Shown here: positions 17,518 to 24,800 of the stretch, piece after piece | How the letters are laid out: each line of letters begins with the position of its first letter | How positions within the stretch are numbered: the stretch's first letter is position 1 | DNA from: a virus | Direction: 5' to 3' (one strand) | IMG/VR virus record: IMGVR_UViG_3300045988_168866 | Length of the DNA stretch: 64,000 nt | Notes under the pieces: generated by a model | Told to the model about the DNA's origin: nothing | What the model saw: the letters and a program-made list of their open reading frames with translations, nothing else | Database searches by the model: none | Position numbers and translations under genes: made by a program

Positions 17518-18282
17518 ATGAATATAGAAATAAAATCAATCTTTGGTGAGATTCTATTTTCTTTTGAGAAAGAGAACAACACAATCAAAGATACTTTACT
17601 AGAAGCTTATTTAGAAGGCATCAATTTAGAATATTCAGACTTAAAAAAAGCTAACCTAGAAGGAATAAATCTAAAAGAAATCAACCTTAAAGGAGCAGAT
17701 CTCAGAGAAACAAATCTAAGATACTCAGATCTCAGAAATGCTAACTTAGAAGATGTTGACTTTAATGAATCCGACCTAAAGGGAATTAACCTAGAAAATG
17801 CCAATCTAAAAGGAGCTAATATAAGTAATACCAATTTAAATTGTGCTAACCTAAATGGTGCTAATTTAGAGAATATTAAGTATTCCATATATACAACCTT
17901 CCTGTCATTACAATGCCCATCTGAAGGAAGTTTTATGGGATGGAAAAGAATTGATAAATACATAATCAAATTAAAAATACCTGAAGATTCAGAAAGAAGT
18001 TCATCAACAAATATAATATGTAGATGTTCAAAAGTAGAAGTACTAGAAATACAAAATATTGACGGAAGTATAGAGCCTGATATAACAGAAATATGTTCCA
18101 ATCATGATAAAACCTTTATATACAAAGTGGGTGAAATAGTTGAAGTAAAAAACTTTGATAAAAATAGATGGAATAAATTTTCAAATGGGATACATTTTTT
18201 TATAGATAGGAATATGGCTGTAGTTTATGGAAGTAATTTATTGGGTATTAAAGATATCAATCTGTACCTGAAACAATATTAG
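17518..18282 (+). CDS. pentapeptide-repeat protein with a Cys-containing C-terminal domain
   Basis: Residues about 30-120 form tandem A(D/N)LxX pentapeptides (ANLEGINLKEINLKGADLRETNLRYSDLRNANLEDVDFNESDLKGINLENANLKGANISNTNLNCANLNGANLENI); C-terminal domain ends '..NGIHFFIDRNMAVVYG'. Confidence 0.85.
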   Translation: MNIEIKSIFGEILFSFEKENNTIKDTLLEAYLEGINLEYSDLKKANLEGINLKEINLKGADLRETNLRYSDLRNANLEDVDFNESDLKGINLENANLKGANISNTNLNCANLNGANLENIKYSIYTTFLSLQCPSEGSFMGWKRIDKYIIKLKIPEDSERSSSTNIICRCSKVEVLEIQNIDGSIEPDITEICSNHDKTFIYKVGEIVEVKNFDKNRWNKFSNGIHFFIDRNMAVVYGSNLLGIKDINLYLKQY

Positions 18283-18367
18283 GTGCCCATTACATATAGC
18301 CCAAAAAACCTGGTGCAGTAAATAGGGGGTACGGTGTCTTTTAATTTAAAACTTCAAATAAAAAAAT

Positions 18368-18393
18368 AGGGGACAATTATTAGTCCCCTTTTA
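18368..18393. terminator. bidirectional intrinsic terminator between convergent genes
   Basis: 'aggggac aattatta gtcccct' flanked by an A-run upstream and a T-run downstream. Confidence 0.8.
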
Positions 18394-18404
18394 TTAAATT
18401 ATTT

Positions 18405-18992
18405 TTATAACCACTCAATTTTTTTATTTAATTGTTTAAAAATCAAATCAAATAAATTATTTTTTTTATCAAAGTCAATCATAACATTATATTTATTATA
18501 AAATAATCCTTCATTAACCAATCCACATAAATAATTAATACTTTTAATTTCATTATCAATATTAAAATTGAATTGAAATTTATTGATAAATTCGTTTAAT
18601 TTTTCTTCAATTAGATTTCCTTTTTCATCAAATAATATGTCTATTCTATTATCCAAATCAAATGAAATATTCATTTGTTTTTGTCCAATAAAGGAATGAC
18701 TATTTATATTATTAATACTAAATGAAAAGTGATTCATTATTTTTTTGATAAATTGAAAGCAAACGTTATTATCTATGTTTACTATTTTTTTTATTTCATC
18801 TACATTCAAATAAAAATCAATTCCGTTTTTATATTCAAAGAATTCCATTTTATCAAAAAATTGTTGATACCTTTGATACATTTTTTCAAATACTTTTTGA
18901 TTAAGTGGTCTTATTACATCATCAAAATAATAACGTATAATTAATTCCAATTCATTATTACTTTTTCCAAAAATTAAAATTTCTTTTTCCAT
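18405..18992 (-). CDS. hypothetical protein
   Basis: 195-aa ORF flanked by two intrinsic terminators. Confidence 0.5.
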   Translation of the reverse strand: MEKEILIFGKSNNELELIIRYYFDDVIRPLNQKVFEKMYQRYQQFFDKMEFFEYKNGIDFYLNVDEIKKIVNIDNNVCFQFIKKIMNHFSFSINNINSHSFIGQKQMNISFDLDNRIDILFDEKGNLIEEKLNEFINKFQFNFNIDNEIKSINYLCGLVNEGLFYNKYNVMIDFDKKNNLFDLIFKQLNKKIEWL

Positions 18993-19030
18993 TTTTTTTA
19001 TTTTTTTGTTTACTAATTTAATTTTTTAAA

Positions 19031-19052
19031 AAGGGGGAAATTTCCCCCTTTT
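19031..19052 (-). terminator. intrinsic terminator
   Basis: Palindrome 'gggggaaatttccccc' (19033-19048) with flanking A/T runs, 3 nt after the stop of 19055-19390. Confidence 0.75.
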
Positions 19053-19054
19053 TT

Positions 19055-19390
19055 TCATTTGTTCATTACTGAAACGAATCGTTTAATTAATTGTACACTT
19101 TCTTTATTTGTGTTGTTATCCATAATAATTTCAATATTATTATAGACTAATTTTGCGTATTCTTTCCAATCTTTTTTAAGTGCTTCTAATTTGTTTTTAT
19201 CTTTTTCAACAACTAAAAAAGTAGAAAGAAATGCGTCTCTTTTTTTTCTTAATTTAATTCTGATTGATTTTTTTTCTTTGTCTGTTTTTCCCTCAAATAA
19301 TTCTTTTTTGTAAATTGTTGCACGATTAAAAGAAATTTCTTTTTGGATTGTTTCGTTACCGATTGCAAAAATTTTTTCTAAATTACTCAT
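19055..19390 (-). CDS. hypothetical protein
   Basis: 111-aa Lys-rich ORF; terminator immediately downstream. Confidence 0.5.
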   Translation of the reverse strand: MSNLEKIFAIGNETIQKEISFNRATIYKKELFEGKTDKEKKSIRIKLRKKRDAFLSTFLVVEKDKNKLEALKKDWKEYAKLVYNNIEIIMDNNTNKESVQLIKRFVSVMNK

Positions 19391-19486
19391 AATATTTTGC
19401 TAAAAAATTTTGGAAAATAAAATAAAGAAAAAAGAATAAATTTTTTAGACTTATTAGAAAAATCTTCTTTCCTTTTGTTTACATTA

Positions 19487-19494
19487 CAAAGATA
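19487..19494 (-). promoter_or_regulatory. TAnnTTTG (-7 type) box
   Basis: The minus strand reads TATCTTTG, 96 nt upstream of the ATG at 19390. Confidence 0.35.
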
Positions 19495-19870
19495 CTATAC
19501 TTTTTCTTATAAAAAAATTTTTTCACTGAAAAATAACTTTAAAAAAGTGAATATAATTTAATTGATTATTTACGTATATATAATATATGTATATAGAAAT
19601 AATCATTATATATACAATACATAATAACAAAAAATATCTTAATATAATTTAAAACCAAACTCCCATGGGTTACCTCCAAGGGTATATTGGGCTTACTTTA
19701 AAAGTGGTCATTGTCGATGGGTATTTTTTCTGGGCCTCACTGATACTAATGCCTGATACCCAAATTAACCTTTTTCTCCCTGAATCCTTTGTGCCTATAA
19801 TGGCCAATAAATATTCGCCCATTGTAGCTAACTTAATATTCATGATTGGCCATAAAGGCCAAAACTAAAA

Positions 19871-19887
19871 GGCTCCTTGAAAGAGCC
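19871..19887 (-). terminator. weak terminator-like hairpin
   Basis: The minus strand reads GGGCTCTTTCAAGGAGCC followed by TTTTAGTTTT; only a 5-bp stem. Confidence 0.35.
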
Positions 19888-20115
19888 CATAGATGGCCTA
19901 TACTTTTAACTCACTTCCTCTTTGTTGCGTATATAAATATATTATAAGATAACTTAATATATACCTCTAGAGAATTATTTTTAGTTTAAGAATAATTTAT
20001 TTATCTTTTAAGCATACCAAATTCTATGAATGATATAAGGCTTTAATATTATTAAGCTTTTGGGCCCTTATAATAACATGATTAATAAACATAATAATTA
20101 AATTATTTTATTGCC

Positions 20116-20147
20116 TATCAATTCAAGCAAATTATCAATTCAAGCAA
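20116..20147 (+). repeat. 15-bp tandem direct repeat
   Basis: 'tatcaattcaagcaa' at 20116-20130 and 20133-20147. Confidence 0.8.
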
Positions 20148-20250
20148 CACACAAAAATGGGACCTAAATATACATCCCGTACCTTTAAGTCCCTGATGAT
20201 AACAATTATTATGAGTAATTTTATATGTTATATGGATTATAATAGTCAAG

Positions 20251-20610
20251 TCAGGATTTATTATGAACTAAGTATAAAAATTTACCACTAACTTTATCCT
20301 GAACTTTTATCATTATCGTAGTTTCTATCTTTTTATGTTCATCCAAGAAATCTATAATTCTCCTGTAACAATCATCGGTTGTATCATGGTATCCTTTACC
20401 AAAATTAACTGGATCCGTAAAAATTATCCTGAACCTTTCCTTCATTTTTTCAGGATTTTCCAAAATATCAAATATAACCTTCTTGCCATATTTCTTAACT
20501 AAACTATTCATTAGTTCAATGCAAAATTCTTCCCTGAATGTATTATCTTCTGTCCACTTAAAATAATTAACATCCTGTTCGTTGTCCGGAATAAAAAATA
20601 CTTCTACCAT
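20251..20610 (-). CDS. hypothetical protein
   Basis: 119-aa ORF; shares an 'IL(E/K)NPE' segment with the upstream ORF (possible paralogs). Confidence 0.5.
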   Translation of the reverse strand: MVEVFFIPDNEQDVNYFKWTEDNTFREEFCIELMNSLVKKYGKKVIFDILENPEKMKERFRIIFTDPVNFGKGYHDTTDDCYRRIIDFLDEHKKIETTIMIKVQDKVSGKFLYLVHNKS

Positions 20611-20628
20611 AACCTTAAATTTTTTAAA

Positions 20629-20895
20629 TTAATACTCTAAACTTAATTCCTGTAATAAATATAAACCCTCTAAAGTTAAATCCTCATATATATCAGGCAA
20701 GGGATAATAAACCAGAAAATTAAAATTATAATCTTCAGGATTCTTAAGAATATTATCCCTAGTTTCCTTATTATATAATCTTTCGACCTCTTTGAGAAAA
20801 TATTCAATACATTCGTTATTAATAAAACCATTATATATAATAACTTGGGAATTGGTTAATTCCTGAATTGGTTTGAAGGTGATTATTGTTTTCAT
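20629..20895 (-). CDS. hypothetical protein
   Basis: 88-aa ORF with a TAnnTTTG box 22 nt upstream. Confidence 0.5.
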   Translation of the reverse strand: MKTIITFKPIQELTNSQVIIYNGFINNECIEYFLKEVERLYNKETRDNILKNPEDYNFNFLVYYPLPDIYEDLTLEGLYLLQELSLEY

Positions 20896-20917
20896 AATTT
20901 TATTTTTTAATTCAATA

Positions 20918-20925
20918 CAAATATA
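20918..20925 (-). promoter_or_regulatory. TAnnTTTG (-7 type) box
   Basis: The minus strand reads TATATTTG, 22 nt upstream of the ATG at 20895. Confidence 0.5.
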
Positions 20926-20974
20926 ATATTTATTTATTATATAATATAATATTAATATAAATATTTCTGAGGCA

Positions 20975-21838
20975 CCTGAACAGGTATTAAAATTTTAACC
21001 TGATTTAGAATCCTGATTTAATTTACCTGATTAATTATCTTGTTATTATTACATGATTAAAACCATTCAAGATATTATCAGTATTTATCATGTTTAATTT
21101 ATCAGGTTAGAATAATTGGTTCTCTAGAATAATTTCCTGTGGGCCTATCCTGAACCTGAATTAACCCATATATTATAATATAAATAAACATTTAGGAACA
21201 TGATAAATTAATCCTAATTGGTAAACATGATAAATAATACATGATAAAATTACCTGTTTAATTTATCCTGATTTGGAGTCCTGATAATTTTAACCAATAT
21301 ATTATATAATATAATAAATTAAGAACCTTCAGGAACCTGTTTTAATTAACCTGATATAAATAACATGTTAAGAATAACCCAATTTAGAACCTGATAAAGT
21401 GTCCTGATTAGAATATCCTGTTATTTTTTAACCTGATTAGTTAAACCTATTATAATATATTATATATACATGATAATAAAAACTATTCAGGATTAGTATC
21501 ATGTTTTAAATATCAGGATATTAAAAATTGCCTTCTGGGCTACCCATAACGGGCCTTACCAGATCCTGATTAATTTATCCTGAATTAGTTATCCTGATTA
21601 ATTAACCCAATATATTATATATAATATAAATAAAGCCTGGGATTCAGGATACTTTTCAGGATATTATTATTTTACTCCTTTGGGCTTATAGGGGCCTTAC
21701 ATCCTCTACACGTTGTAGCTGGTTTACACATCCTGAATAATGGGCCTTGGTTCCTTCCTGACTTAAATCCTGAATACATTTTTTCAGGCAATTTTTTAAT
21801 AATTTCAGGCAATTTCAGGTACCGTTTGGGCTGCCTGA
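20975..21838 (+). repeat. left arm: array of about 22 CCTGA(T) boxes organised in 4-5 degenerate 120-160-nt composite units
   Basis: Hand-located CCTGA at 20975, 20999, 21012, 21026, 21149, 21155, 21267, 21280, 21350, 21390, 21403, 21432, 21565, 21579, 21593, 21732, 21757, 21769, 21834 and CCTGT variants; AT-palindromic boxes at about 21163, 21292, 21443, 21604. Confidence 0.85.
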
Positions 21839-21839
21839 T

Positions 21840-21990
21840 TTTATAATTTCAGGTACCCAAAAGTAGCCCAAAAAGGGGCGTTTGGGCCCTATTTTTTGAA
21901 AATGCCAACTAGCAAAAGAGGTGGTGGAAACAGTGCCCAGAGAATACTTTGGGCTCACCGGACAATAGCGGGTGCACTATATGTTTTTGG
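21840..21990. other. GC-rich core between the repeat arms
   Basis: Visibly GC-rich relative to the flanks; contains 'agcccaaaaaggggcgtttgggcc' (inverted gcccaaa/tttgggc), 'ggtggtgg' and several TTTGGGC(C/T) boxes. Confidence 0.7.
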
Positions 21991-22020
21991 TATATGTATT
22001 GTATGGTTTTGATTGTATAT

Positions 22021-22028
22021 TATATTTG
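22021..22028 (+). promoter_or_regulatory. orphan TAnnTTTG box facing rightwards with no + strand ORF downstream
   Basis: The + strand reads TATATTTG at the inner edge of the right repeat arm. Confidence 0.35.
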
Positions 22029-22347
22029 GTTTATTTTTTATTATTATATTATCAGGATTATATTGGTTTTATTTATCAGGTATTCTAATCAGGATATTTT
22101 TATCTTGTATTTTTAATTAGGTTTTTATTATCTGGTAATTAATATCTTGTTACTTTATTGGGATTTAAATATTGGGTTTATAATTTCATGTTTTAATTAT
22201 CATGATTAATATATTGGGTTAATTAATCAGGATTTTATTAACATGTTATTTATATCATGTATGGGTTATTATAATTAGGTTAATTATTTTTTTAATATTA
22301 TTTTTTTGTTTTGGTTAGGGATGGTGTATTATTTTTCTGGGTTCAGG
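22021..22347 (+). repeat. right arm: TCAGG / ATTGGG boxes in the orientation opposite to the left arm
   Basis: TCAGG at 22052, 22076, 22089, 22227, 22343. The 25-mer 'atatattgggttaattaatcaggat' at 22209-22233 is the exact reverse complement of 21591-21615. Confidence 0.8.
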
Positions 22348-22412
22348 ATGGTTTGGAGGTAATATTTTATTATTTTGTGTTTGGGAATTTGGGATTCTGA
22401 TTTAATAGAATT

Positions 22413-22440
22413 AAAGGGTACCTGTGATTGGGTACCCTTT
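22413..22440. terminator. intrinsic terminator hairpin (usable on both strands)
   Basis: 'aaagggtacc tgtgattg ggtacccttt', 15 nt after the stop of 22455-22901; followed on the + strand by 'ggatttttt'. Confidence 0.7.
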
Positions 22441-22454
22441 GGATTTTTTGTGGG

Positions 22455-22901
22455 TTATTTTTGATTGGGTTGGATGTTGTATTTTAATTCTAGTATGGGT
22501 AGATAGAACTTAGCGTATATGTCTATCATTTCTTGGTTGTCTGATTCTTCATAGAAGGTTTCTATAAGTTTGGCTAGTTTTTGTAATATTTCTTGTTGTT
22601 GGGATTTATTGGTTAGGAGTTTGGAACCATTGAATATGGTTTCTAGGTTATCAGGATTGTAATCGAAGAATTGATCGTCGTTTCCTTCTAGAAGGTTTAA
22701 TTGGGATAGTTGTAATAATAGATCTTTGATTAGAAGTTCTTCTGAATCATAGGTATATAGGTAATATGATTCAGTTAGTGATTCTTTTACTTGGAAGGTG
22801 TTATTGAAGTTTTCTAGAATGTTTTCACCTTGGAATGATATTAAATAGAATGGATATTCTTGGATTAATTTCTTGGATTGTTTTTCGTTGATTGTTTTCA
22901 T
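22455..22901 (-). CDS. hypothetical protein
   Basis: 148-aa acidic Gln/Leu/Asn-rich ORF; its coding strand is unusually C-rich and G-poor. Confidence 0.5.
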   Translation of the reverse strand: MKTINEKQSKKLIQEYPFYLISFQGENILENFNNTFQVKESLTESYYLYTYDSEELLIKDLLLQLSQLNLLEGNDDQFFDYNPDNLETIFNGSKLLTNKSQQQEILQKLAKLIETFYEESDNQEMIDIYAKFYLPILELKYNIQPNQK

Positions 22902-22915
22902 AATTTGTTGGTTTT

Positions 22916-23377
22916 TTAAAGTTCTTGATAATAATATGGTAAATCATAATAGTTTTGATTCAGTAGTGCAATTTGTATTTTTTCTAGGTCATCGAGTAAT
23001 CCTATTTTATTTTGTATTGGATTCTTGGATGTATTGAATAATAATTTAGATATGATTCCTAGTGAGTTATGTATTAGGATGGAATTAATTGGTTCCATTA
23101 TATTATCGTCTATGATAAAGGTTATGGAACCTAGTGTATTTATTATTGTTTCTAGGTTTTGTTCCGGATTTTCAATTAGGTGATTTAATTTACCTAGTAT
23201 ATTGCCAATCATTGTTGGTAAATTTTTATTTGATTCAATGTATAGATATCCATTTTTGTTCTTGTATGAGTATGGTGTGAATAAATTTTGGTTGATATCC
23301 TGGTTCTTGATGTCTATGAATTGTGCATATATTATATATGCTGATTCAATTGTTGGGTTAGATGATTTTGTTTCCAT
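22916..23377 (-). CDS. hypothetical protein
   Basis: 153-aa ORF preceded by the duplicated 58-bp promoter/leader cassette. Confidence 0.5.
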   Translation of the reverse strand: METKSSNPTIESAYIIYAQFIDIKNQDINQNLFTPYSYKNKNGYLYIESNKNLPTMIGNILGKLNHLIENPEQNLETIINTLGSITFIIDDNIMEPINSILIHNSLGIISKLLFNTSKNPIQNKIGLLDDLEKIQIALLNQNYYDLPYYYQEL

Positions 23378-23423
23378 ATATTTTTATTTTTAATATTATA
23401 TACAAATATAATATTTTTATTTT
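23366..23423 (-). repeat. 58-bp promoter/leader/start-codon cassette, copy 1
   Basis: Identical to 25762-25819; contains TATATTTG (23403-23410, minus strand) 25 nt upstream of the ATG and the first codons (M-E-T). Confidence 0.8.
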
Positions 23424-23523
23424 ATTAATTAATTCTTTTTATTAAAAATATCCTTGGTGGGTTCTAGAGTAGTGTTTTGGCTTTAGTGTTTTTATGGTTT
23501 ATTAATCTTAGTGGTTTAGGGTT

Positions 23524-23582
23524 AAATGCATATGATGTCCAGTTTAATAATGTATATTGTAGCTGGTGTATCATATGCATTT
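23524..23582 (-). repeat. 13-bp perfect inverted repeat hairpin downstream of 23591-24148
   Basis: 'aaatgcatatgat' (23524-23536) and 'atcatatgcattt' (23570-23582). Confidence 0.5.
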
Positions 23583-23590
23583 GGATTAAT

Positions 23591-24148
23591 TTATATGAAA
23601 TCGTACCAATATATTGTAGTTTGGTCTAATTCTTTGTCTTTATCCTTAGGATATTTCTTTTGAAATAGCTTTGGGATTGGTGGATACCATGCTTTTCTGA
23701 AATTTGGGAACATATCCACTTCTTTGAATTTTGGTCCTATGTAATATGGGTTATCATATACTAACCAATCTGATTTTCTTATTATTTTATAGCATAATGG
23801 ACTCATTGAAAAGTTCATATATAGATATTTGAAGTACATATCTTTGTTCTTTTTGCTATAAAAAGCAAATGTATCTTCAAGCACTATTCGAAATATTATA
23901 TGCTTTTCATTTAAATATTTTATTATTTCATCTAAGTTAATTTTATATTCACATAATCCATGGCAAGGGATTAATTCTAGAGTTTCTTTTTTCTTATTAG
24001 ATATAATTTTAACTCTAATATCTAATATTATTACTTTGCCTATTTGTTTATCTATTAATTTATCTTGGCATTTACTAAATGGATAAAATATCCAATGATA
24101 AAACTTACGGGGTTTATAACCCGTAAGTGAATTATGAGATCCAAACAT
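23591..24148 (-). CDS. hypothetical protein with weak PLC-like phosphodiesterase N-terminal motifs
   Basis: 'GSHNSLTGY' near the N-terminus and 'VIILDIRV' about 35 aa later resemble the PI-PLC X-domain motifs (G(T/S)H(D/N)S ... (F/L)D(I/L)R); only 185 aa, so partial at best. Confidence 0.25.
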   Translation of the reverse strand: MFGSHNSLTGYKPRKFYHWIFYPFSKCQDKLIDKQIGKVIILDIRVKIISNKKKETLELIPCHGLCEYKINLDEIIKYLNEKHIIFRIVLEDTFAFYSKKNKDMYFKYLYMNFSMSPLCYKIIRKSDWLVYDNPYYIGPKFKEVDMFPNFRKAWYPPIPKLFQKKYPKDKDKELDQTTIYWYDFI

Positions 24149-24800
24149 TTTCTTTAGTTTTTAAATATATTTTTTCTGAACTTAGTTCTTCTAATTCTCT
24201 ATTAATTACATTATTGATTAAATGTATATTATCCTTAACTTTTACTGATTTCTCTATTATAAAATCTAAATATCTAGCAGACTTGACAGCAGCTTCATGA
24301 GTTAATTCTCCGTCCCATGCCATTAACAATAAATAGAATAAGAATGATTCTACATTTTTTACTTCTGGAAACTTAAGAAGATCTTCATCCAAATAACCTT
24401 TAATCTTATTATATATAATATTGGCAATATCTCGAAGATATTTATAATATTTCTCATTATGTATCCATGGTATATTCTTTATCCTTGATAAATAATAACC
24501 ATTATTACTATCATACCTTGTTAAGATATTTATATCTTTAATCATTATACTAAAACTTCTGGGATATAAATCAAACTTATCTATAATTATACCATATATT
24601 TTAGCCTTTAATAAATAAGGTCCATATTGATTATCAAATAAAGATGAATACTTAAGATAATACTTATGTACTTCTTTGAAAAGTTTATTGTTTGGGATGC
24701 AATTTTGAAATTGAAGATTTTGTATTAGTTCAAAGATTTCTTCATTTGATGAACTGTATTTCTTCCAGCCTTTCTTTTTAATTAATTCTCCTGTAATCAT
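24132..24800 (-). CDS. hypothetical protein
   Basis: 222-aa ORF in a tight operon (overlapping starts and stops). Confidence 0.5.
   Translation of the reverse strand: MITGELIKKKGWKKYSSSNEEIFELIQNLQFQNCIPNNKLFKEVHKYYLKYSSLFDNQYGPYLLKAKIYGIIIDKFDLYPRSFSIMIKDINILTRYDSNNGYYLSRIKNIPWIHNEKYYKYLRDIANIIYNKIKGYLDEDLLKFPEVKNVESFLFYLLLMAWDGELTHEAAVKSARYLDFIIEKSVKVKDNIHLINNVINRELEELSSEKIYLKTKENVWIS

Noticed and set aside
17607-18101. 164-aa minus-strand ORF antisense to the pentapeptide-repeat gene
   Set aside because: It is an artefact of the repetitive codon structure. The sense frame has an unmistakable pentapeptide-repeat signature and fits the operon direction.
18283-18367. tRNA or other small RNA gene in the GC-rich stretch after the pentapeptide gene (likewise in 21840-21990)
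   Set aside because: I could not fold a cloverleaf, and there is no GGTTCGAATCC-like T-arm or conserved D-arm. The stretch shares TAGCCCAAAAA-type boxes with other intergenic sites, so it is treated as part of the motif family instead.
19665-19868. 67-aa + strand ORF as a protein-coding gene
   Set aside because: It lies on the opposite strand to all neighbours, has no Shine-Dalgarno or TAnnTTTG box, and lies entirely in the motif-laden GC-rich island. It is kept only as an alternative explanation in the findings.
20975-22347. CRISPR array interpretation of the CCTGA/TCAGG repeat region
   Set aside because: The conserved units are only 5-10 nt with 13-25-nt spacing and mixed orientation. There is no 25-40-nt direct repeat with unique spacers, no leader-like organisation and no cas genes in the window.
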